From the NCBI GenBank assembly GCA_963674695.2, contig CAXXGI010000001.1, positions 704,001 to 768,000 on the forward strand: a stretch of 64,000 bases of DNA, given 5' to 3'. The DNA is from a bacterium. GTDB lineage: Bacteria; UBA10199; 2-02-FULL-44-16; JAAZCA01. Shown here one piece after another: positions 57,579-64,000 of the stretch. The notes under the pieces were generated by a model. That model was not told where the DNA came from. It ran no database searches and saw only the letters and a program-made list of their open reading frames with translations. The stretch's first letter is position 1. Each line of letters opens with the position of its first letter. The position numbers were made by a program, and so were the translations under genes.

Positions 57579-59495
57579 ATGCGATATCTTCCGATTTTCT
57601 TCTGCGCCCTCCTGCTCATAGGCTGCGCCAAGACGCCGACCGCCCATCACCGCCAACACGGCGATGCCGATATCATCCCGATCGAGGATTTTTTCCGCAA
57701 CCCGACCGCCAAGCAATTTCGCATCTCGCCCGATGGAAGTCAGATCGCTTTTCTCGCGCCATACCGCAGCCGCATGAACATCTTCGTCCAACCCGCCGAA
57801 GGAGAGAGCAAAGCCCGCCGCTTGACCGACGTGCGCGATCGCGACATCTCCGGCTTCCTCTGGAAGGGAAATGGAACCATCGTCTATGGGCGCGACCGCG
57901 GCGGCGACGAAAACACGCACCTGTATGCAGTCAACAGCATCACCGGAAAGACGCGACCACTCACTCCCTTTGCCGAAACGAAGGTGCGCGTCATCGATGA
58001 CCTTCGCACATCCAGCGCCACCGACATCCTCATCGAGATGAACCGTCGCGACCGCCGCCTCTTCGATGTCTATCGACTGAATGTCGCCGACGGCACCCTC
58101 ACCCTTGTAGCGGAGAATACGCACAACTGGACGAACTATGTCGCCGACCACCAGGGACGCCTGCGCATAGCGGAGGCGACCGACGGACTCACGACAACCT
58201 ATTATTATCGACCGGATGACGCCCACCCCTTCGCCGAAATCTTTTCCGTCGATTTTCGCACGACGATCGATCCGATCCTCTTCACACCGGATGATCGATA
58301 TGCCTATGCGCGCTCCAACCGACACCGCGATAAAGAGGCGCTCGTGGTCATGGACATGAGCACGGGGAAGGAAAGGAAGATCCTCTTTCGTCACCCTGAG
58401 GTCGATGTCGGCGGTATCGGCTATTCGCGCAAACGCAAACGGCTCACGCATGTCTCCTACACCACCTGGAAGGAGAAGCGTCACGTCTTCGATACGAGGA
58501 TGCGCGCACTCTTTGCGCGACTGCAGGCCCATCGCCCCGAAATGGAAGTCGACATCAGCTCTTGGAACGACGACGAGGATCGCATGGTCGTCGTCTATTC
58601 GAGCGATCGCGTCCCGGCCGAATATGTCCTCTACGATGCACAGACGGATCGTTTTACAAAACTCGCCACAGCGCTGCCCTGGCTCGACGCCGAAAAGTTG
58701 GCACCGATGAAACCCATTGCGTATCGCAGCCGCGATGGACTTCTCATCCACGGCTACCTCACACTGCCACGCGGTCGCGAGGCAAAGAACCTCCCGGTGG
58801 TGGTCAACCCGCACGGCGGACCCTGGGCACGCGATGTCTGGGGATATGATGGATCGACGCAGTTTTTGGCCAATCGCGGTTATGCGGTTTTGCAGATGAA
58901 CTTTCGCGGCTCCACCGGATATGGGCGTCGCTTCTGGGAGGCCTCGTTCAAAGAGTGGGGCCTGAAGATGCAGAACGACATCACCGATGGCGTGCACTGG
59001 CTCATCGACGAGGGGATCGCCGATTCCAAACGCATCGGCATCTACGGCGCGAGCTACGGGGGATATGCCACCCTTGCGGGGCTCACCTTCACCCCGGATC
59101 TCTATGCCTGCGGCGTCGATTACGTCGGGGTCTCCAACATCTTCACGCTCCTGGCGAGCATCCCCCCCTATTGGGAGCCGGCGCGCAAGCGCTTCTATGC
59201 GATGATCGGAAACCCGATCACGGATGACAAACTCTTGCGCGCGATATCACCCGTCTTCCACGCCGAAAACATCCGCGCACCGCTGTTCGTCGCACAGGGG
59301 GCCAACGATCCGCGTGTGAAGAAGCAGGAGTCCGACCAGATCGTCGCCGCGCTGCGCCACCACGATATTCCCGTGGAGTATCTGGTCAAGCGCAACGAGG
59401 GACACGGCTTTCACAATGAAGAGAATCGGCTGGAGTTCTTCAGCAGGATGGAACGGTTTCTCGAGCGGTATCTGAGCCCTACTCCTCAACAATGA
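57579..59495 (+). CDS. S9 family peptidase (lipoprotein)
   Basis: Lipobox LIGC; HGGP, GASYGG, NDPRV, EGHGF. Confidence 0.93.
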   Translation: MRYLPIFFCALLLIGCAKTPTAHHRQHGDADIIPIEDFFRNPTAKQFRISPDGSQIAFLAPYRSRMNIFVQPAEGESKARRLTDVRDRDISGFLWKGNGTIVYGRDRGGDENTHLYAVNSITGKTRPLTPFAETKVRVIDDLRTSSATDILIEMNRRDRRLFDVYRLNVADGTLTLVAENTHNWTNYVADHQGRLRIAEATDGLTTTYYYRPDDAHPFAEIFSVDFRTTIDPILFTPDDRYAYARSNRHRDKEALVVMDMSTGKERKILFRHPEVDVGGIGYSRKRKRLTHVSYTTWKEKRHVFDTRMRALFARLQAHRPEMEVDISSWNDDEDRMVVVYSSDRVPAEYVLYDAQTDRFTKLATALPWLDAEKLAPMKPIAYRSRDGLLIHGYLTLPRGREAKNLPVVVNPHGGPWARDVWGYDGSTQFLANRGYAVLQMNFRGSTGYGRRFWEASFKEWGLKMQNDITDGVHWLIDEGIADSKRIGIYGASYGGYATLAGLTFTPDLYACGVDYVGVSNIFTLLASIPPYWEPARKRFYAMIGNPITDDKLLRAISPVFHAENIRAPLFVAQGANDPRVKKQESDQIVAALRHHDIPVEYLVKRNEGHGFHNEENRLEFFSRMERFLERYLSPTPQQ

Positions 59496-60066
59496 TGAAG
59501 CGACAGGAATCGTCGCCGCGGGTGCGGCACTCGTGCTCCATGTCGTGCGCTACCGTCACGATCTGGGTGCTTCTCGATTTGTAGCGCTCGGCGACCGCCG
59601 AGACGAGCCCCTTGTCGAAGGCACACGGATAGGGGTTCTCGCAGATCACCCAGAGATGATTGTGATCGATTCGTTCGGCGCGGTAGTGACCGATCCCCTC
59701 GAACATCGTCTCCGTCTGTTCGTCGTAGAGCACCTGCCCCCGCAAGCGGTGATTGAGATGATAGGCGATATCGATGGAGATCAGCCCGCGCTCGATCGAT
59801 TGGATCCCCTCAACCCAACGCGCGTTATCCGGAACATGTTGTCCGACGGAGAAGAGGGCATTGACCCCAATCTGGTCGGCGATCTCGCGAAAGGCGTTGA
59901 AAAAGGCCTGCTGTGAAAACCACTGCCCGGGCTGCGGATCGACGATACCGTGTCGGGCCAGGATGCCCAACGCATCCGGGTGAAAGGCCTCCAACCCATG
60001 GACGAAGGAGAATATGGCCTCACCGCTGACCTCGACCCCCTCTGTGAAGACCTTGAATTCTGCCAT
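59479..60066 (-). CDS. Conserved hypothetical protein (V4R-like ligand-binding fold)
   Basis: YHLNHR...IGHY...CENPYPC.FD.G...CR..GDDSC. Confidence 0.75.
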   Translation of the reverse strand: MAEFKVFTEGVEVSGEAIFSFVHGLEAFHPDALGILARHGIVDPQPGQWFSQQAFFNAFREIADQIGVNALFSVGQHVPDNARWVEGIQSIERGLISIDIAYHLNHRLRGQVLYDEQTETMFEGIGHYRAERIDHNHLWVICENPYPCAFDKGLVSAVAERYKSRSTQIVTVAHDMEHECRTRGDDSCRFIIVEE

Positions 60067-60188
60067 GGGATCACCCTCTTTCCCATCGCATCGCCCCGCG
60101 GGGCAAATACAACCCGCCACGGGTGCAGATATACCCCTTCATGTCCCCTGCACATAAAAGGCAATCCCATCCCCGTTTCACCACTTTC

Positions 60189-61886
60189 TCACACCCCCCA
60201 CACCAGGGCATCGACCAGGATCGGAGAATCGGTCGTCAGATCGAGGAGATAGACCGTCTCACCGACATCATCGACCGAGATTTCATGGATATTGCTTCCG
60301 GAGGCCTGACCACTGGTGACCTCATCATGCACATCCAGATTACCGAGCTGGAAGACCTTCAGCGTTCCCGCATTGGTCGCCACCAACGCACTCGGTGTCG
60401 AGGCGTTCACATTCACTTTGACCATAGTGGAGATGGCCAGGTGGCGCCAGAGGATGCCATCCGTACCGCTCGACTGGACATAGTCCAAAACCCCCGATGT
60501 CGTCATGCTGTCGATGACGGACATATCGGCATCGATGGTCAACCGTTGCTCCTGCTCGCCGAACAAGACCTGAAAGGTCCCGAGCGTCTCAAATTGCGTC
60601 GACTCCTTGCCGAGAAAGACGCCGTTGACCTTGAATGCGCCCGCATCATATTCCACCCAGAGGCCGACATCGCTGATCTCGGAGATATAGGGCTGCACCA
60701 AACCGAAGGCACTCACCGGGAAGGTGCCGAGCCGCTTGTTGTAACCGACCGAAAAAATGGTCATGACCGATTCGGAGGCAGAGCCCGGAGAGGTGAGCGC
60801 GATCCCCAGTATGTCGTTATCGATTGTGAGCAGTTCCAGACGACGGCTGAACATCTTGGTCACGGTCCCCTCACCACCACCCTGAACCTCACCCGGAGTG
60901 CTGGCCATCAGATCAAAGCTGCCGTCGGCGAAGGAGACGATACCATACTCCACCGAACCGCTCGTCTCGAAGGCCACGACCGCCTCGTTTACGGATTCGG
61001 CAAAGGCGATATGCGCCGGCATATTGTTATAGGTATAGGTCAGCTCGTTCTCGGCACCATCTGAATTATCCGGAAAGGATGCACGCCAGATCGTCTTATC
61101 CACGGAACTCGTCACAGCGATGGTGACCAGGTTGGTTTCAGCATCCTTATGCATCGCGATCGAATGGGCATGACAGCCAGGGACATCAACGGTGAGGGCA
61201 GCGGCCAATCCCGTCGCGCTTCCAAAGACGACCTGGTTGGTCGTCGTCTCGCTCCCCTGGAGGAGCAGGGCATAGGCCTGATTGTCATCATCCGGTAAGG
61301 TGGCGATATCGATCGCTGCACCGGAAACACCCTGATCCGCACAGGGGTGCGCGGCCTCCTCTTCAACCACACCACCGTCATCGTCATCGACGACGGCATC
61401 ATCGGTACCGTCATCGCCCGACGTCTGCTCCGTCTGCATTGGGACTTCCTCGCGCAGCACGTCGCTCGTCCATTCACCGCTGTCCGCATCGATCGTTCCG
61501 ATCGCAATCGAGTCGCCCACCTCGGCCGCCAATTCCATCGTAAAGGCACCCGTCGCATCCGCCTCGGCACAGGCATGCCCCGTCTCGAAGCAGGTCGCGG
61601 GCCAATCCGAATCGGCATGCGCCGACGGGATGAGTCCATCAAGGAGATGTAGAACTGACTGCTCACCCGCCACCGTCTCGTTCACCGCCAGGACGAGCGA
61701 ACCGCCCTCGACGGCCCCTTCGGCACCGGTGATCGTCACGTTTCCGTCCGCATTCGGCTCGGAGACATCGACGCGGCCCGTGATCGGCGCGGGGAGATCG
61801 ACCGGCGGCGCAGAAACACCACCACATCCCGCAGCCAGCAGCGCCAGCATCATGAGACTGAATGTGATGATCGTCCTGAGCTTCAT
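60189..61886 (-). CDS. Acidic lipoprotein, hypothetical
   Basis: Lipobox LAAGC; GGGGG RBS. Confidence 0.8.
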   Translation of the reverse strand: MKLRTIITFSLMMLALLAAGCGGVSAPPVDLPAPITGRVDVSEPNADGNVTITGAEGAVEGGSLVLAVNETVAGEQSVLHLLDGLIPSAHADSDWPATCFETGHACAEADATGAFTMELAAEVGDSIAIGTIDADSGEWTSDVLREEVPMQTEQTSGDDGTDDAVVDDDDGGVVEEEAAHPCADQGVSGAAIDIATLPDDDNQAYALLLQGSETTTNQVVFGSATGLAAALTVDVPGCHAHSIAMHKDAETNLVTIAVTSSVDKTIWRASFPDNSDGAENELTYTYNNMPAHIAFAESVNEAVVAFETSGSVEYGIVSFADGSFDLMASTPGEVQGGGEGTVTKMFSRRLELLTIDNDILGIALTSPGSASESVMTIFSVGYNKRLGTFPVSAFGLVQPYISEISDVGLWVEYDAGAFKVNGVFLGKESTQFETLGTFQVLFGEQEQRLTIDADMSVIDSMTTSGVLDYVQSSGTDGILWRHLAISTMVKVNVNASTPSALVATNAGTLKVFQLGNLDVHDEVTSGQASGSNIHEISVDDVGETVYLLDLTTDSPILVDALVWGV

Positions 61887-61921
61887 CTCGGGTTCCCCCC
61901 TATGCACCACACTTCTTTATA

Positions 61922-61936
61922 GCAACTCCTGTGCCA
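61922..61936 (-). promoter_or_regulatory. sigma54 -24/-12 promoter
   Basis: Minus strand TGGCAC-AGGAG-TTGC upstream of the lipoprotein gene. Confidence 0.7.
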
Positions 61937-62085
61937 GGGTGAATGACCATGGATACTCAATAAATACAAATAGTTACATAAGCCTGTCATTTGTCCGATT
62001 CGTAGAGATATTTTATATGGAATACAGATCGAACATTATAAATCGAATAGTGTTCATATTCCGAAAAGTATTCTATAATTCAGAC

Positions 62086-64000
62086 ATGCGTCCATCGACG
62101 GAGATCATCGACGGCAAATACACCCTGCAGGACAAGCTCGGCGGGGGAGGGTTCAGCAACGTCTACCGCGTCGAGGGGGCGGGAGGCGTCTGCGCGATTA
62201 AACTCCTCAAGGGGGCGGCCGGTGCCATGAAGCCCTCGGTCCTGGAGGAGTTCAAGAACGAGTTCGCCATCCTCAAGGACATGCGGCATCCGCACATCGC
62301 CGAAATCCTCGACTTCGGCTACGACGAGACGATCGGTCAGTATTACTACACCACCGAACTCATCGAGGGCAGCGACCTCTTTCGAGCGACCGAGACGCTC
62401 ACCTTCGACGAGACCTGCGACCTCTTCGTGCAGGCCCTTCGCGCGCTCGAATACCTGCACGCCTATCGGATCTACCACTTCGATATCAAGTCGGCCAACG
62501 TGCTCGTAACGATGACGCCGACACCCTCGGTCAAGATCATCGACTTCGGCCTGGCCGGATTCGATCCGCGCGGAAAACTGATCGGCACGCCCTCCTACAT
62601 GCCGCCCGAAATCGTCGCTCGCGAACATGCCGACGGCCGGGCGGATCTCTATTCGCTGGGCGTGCTCTGGTACTACTGCCTCGCGCGCACCAATCCCTTT
62701 CGTGCTACCAGCACGCAGGAAACGCTCGAGCGACAGCGAAAACTCATACCGCCGCCGCCATCGACCAAGAACCTCGACGTTCCGGCCTGGTGCGATCGCA
62801 TCATCGGCAAGCTGCTCGAAAAGAATCCCGCCAATCGCTATGCGACCGCCGCCGCCGTCATCCATGACATCAACCGCCTGGGCGGAAAAACCTACACCCT
62901 CGAAACGCGCGAAACACTCCTCTCCTATATTCCGGAGGAAGGGCGCTTCATCGGGCGCGAGAAGGACCTTATCCTCTTTGACGAGGCGCTCGATCTCCTC
63001 AAACAGGATGAGGGCGAACCGACACGCGGATTCCTGCTGACCGGTGCGTTGGGCACGGGCAAGTCACGCCTGCTCCACGAGATCAAGTTTCGCTTTCAGC
63101 TCAAGGACGTCCACGTCTGCTATGCCTCGGCACGATCACCCGATGAAATGAACGCATGGCGCGACGAACTCGCCCAGCACCTTGCCGACGGACACGGTGT
63201 GCACGTCTTTCTTCTGGACGATGTGGAGGCGCTGCTCCTGGAAGAAGTCTCGCGCGCACAGCTGCTCGCCCTGCTCTCGCGTACGCGCCGCCCCCCGAGT
63301 GGTGCGCGTGTGCTCATCTTCCTGGCCATGGGCGAGGACGTCGCCGAGGCGCACCGCGCCACGCTCGAAAACCTGCTCGACGAAGGGATCATGCTCTCCC
63401 CCTTCGACCGCAATGAGCTCGAAGAATACCTGATTTCGCTGACCGGCCTCATCCATCCCCCCGACCTCCTCCTCGAGGAGATCCTGCGGCGCACAGACGG
63501 AAACCCGCTCTTCGTTACGGAGTTGATCAAGTCGCTCATCGTGGGCGGCGCCCTCTTCGACGAACACGGTCGATGGATAGAGACGCTCTTCGAAGATGTC
63601 GGCGTCGACTTTTCGAAGGCCCAGATCCCGGAGACGATTGGAGGACTCCTGCTGCAGCGTATCGGAGCACTGCCGGAGGAGCAGCGGCGACTCCTCGAAG
63701 CACTGGCCATCGCGGACGAACCGACGCAACCGATGGAGCTCGCACACTGGGGTCAGGTGGAAAACCCGCAACAGGCCATCGCGGAACTGCTCCGCTCGGG
63801 GCTCGTCGAACGACGCGAGGCGCTGGCCATCGACTTTGGAAATGCGCTCTTGCGCACCGTGCTCTGCGACGCCCTGCCCGAAGCGCGGCGATGCACGCTC
63901 CATGACCGACTCGCATCTGCCTTGCGCGAGAGTAACACCGAACCGAATCGCATATGCCTGCACGAATGCTGGGGATCGGACAAACAGGTCGCGCTGACCG
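62086..64000 (+). CDS. Ser/Thr protein kinase fused to P-loop ATPase (runs off window; missing from ORF track)
   Basis: Manual translation: LGGGGFSNVY, AIKLL, HFDIKSAN, IIDFG, GTPSYMPPE, FIGRE, GALGTGKS, GNPLFV. Confidence 0.9.
   Translation, partial: MRPSTEIIDGKYTLQDKLGGGGFSNVYRVEGAGGVCAIKLLKGAAGAMKPSVLEEFKNEFAILKDMRHPHIAEILDFGYDETIGQYYYTTELIEGSDLFRATETLTFDETCDLFVQALRALEYLHAYRIYHFDIKSANVLVTMTPTPSVKIIDFGLAGFDPRGKLIGTPSYMPPEIVAREHADGRADLYSLGVLWYYCLARTNPFRATSTQETLERQRKLIPPPPSTKNLDVPAWCDRIIGKLLEKNPANRYATAAAVIHDINRLGGKTYTLETRETLLSYIPEEGRFIGREKDLILFDEALDLLKQDEGEPTRGFLLTGALGTGKSRLLHEIKFRFQLKDVHVCYASARSPDEMNAWRDELAQHLADGHGVHVFLLDDVEALLLEEVSRAQLLALLSRTRRPPSGARVLIFLAMGEDVAEAHRATLENLLDEGIMLSPFDRNELEEYLISLTGLIHPPDLLLEEILRRTDGNPLFVTELIKSLIVGGALFDEHGRWIETLFEDVGVDFSKAQIPETIGGLLLQRIGALPEEQRRLLEALAIADEPTQPMELAHWGQVENPQQAIAELLRSGLVERREALAIDFGNALLRTVLCDALPEARRCTLHDRLASALRESNTEPNRICLHECWGSDKQVALT

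Overview
Bacterial chromosome segment; the GC-rich host background, sigma54 promoters and Ser/Thr kinase suggest a deltaproteobacterium-like host (inference only). Four blocks. (1) 1-18.0 kb: a minus-strand anti-phage defence island with an HIT gene start, AbiE TA, HNH nuclease, an unknown gene, Shedu and a complete type 1 BREX (brxA-brxB-brxC-pglX-pglZ-brxL). (2) 18.3-27.0 kb: a REP-rich region around an HTH-WYL regulator. Five promoters here (plus a weaker one before the HNH gene) share a YGACC-N5-TGACA-N11-TANNNT motif with PafBC-like geometry. The region also holds two copies of a secreted (GGGLSTAP)12 repeat protein, other exported or unknown proteins, and hsdM/HNH scars. (3) 27.3-44.6 kb: a ~17.3 kb low-GC integrative element (tyrosine integrase, Xis, Rep_trans-like initiator, SpoVG-like protein, serine resolvase, nuclease/HEPN-like and surface cargo). 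It is inserted in tRNA-Ala(CGC), does not restore that gene, and carries its own divergent tRNA-Ala(CGC); the target lies inside an older split tRNA-Ala. (4) 44.7-64 kb: tRNA-Arg and tRNA-Val, a four-helix-bundle cassette, RAYT, Fic, recQ, K+ channel, Uup-like ABC-F, flavoprotein, histidine kinase, S9 peptidase, lipoprotein and a truncated Ser/Thr kinase-ATPase. The best candidate for a new system is the WYL-activated regulon of secreted repeat proteins next to the defence island. All calls come from motifs read by eye; no searches were run.
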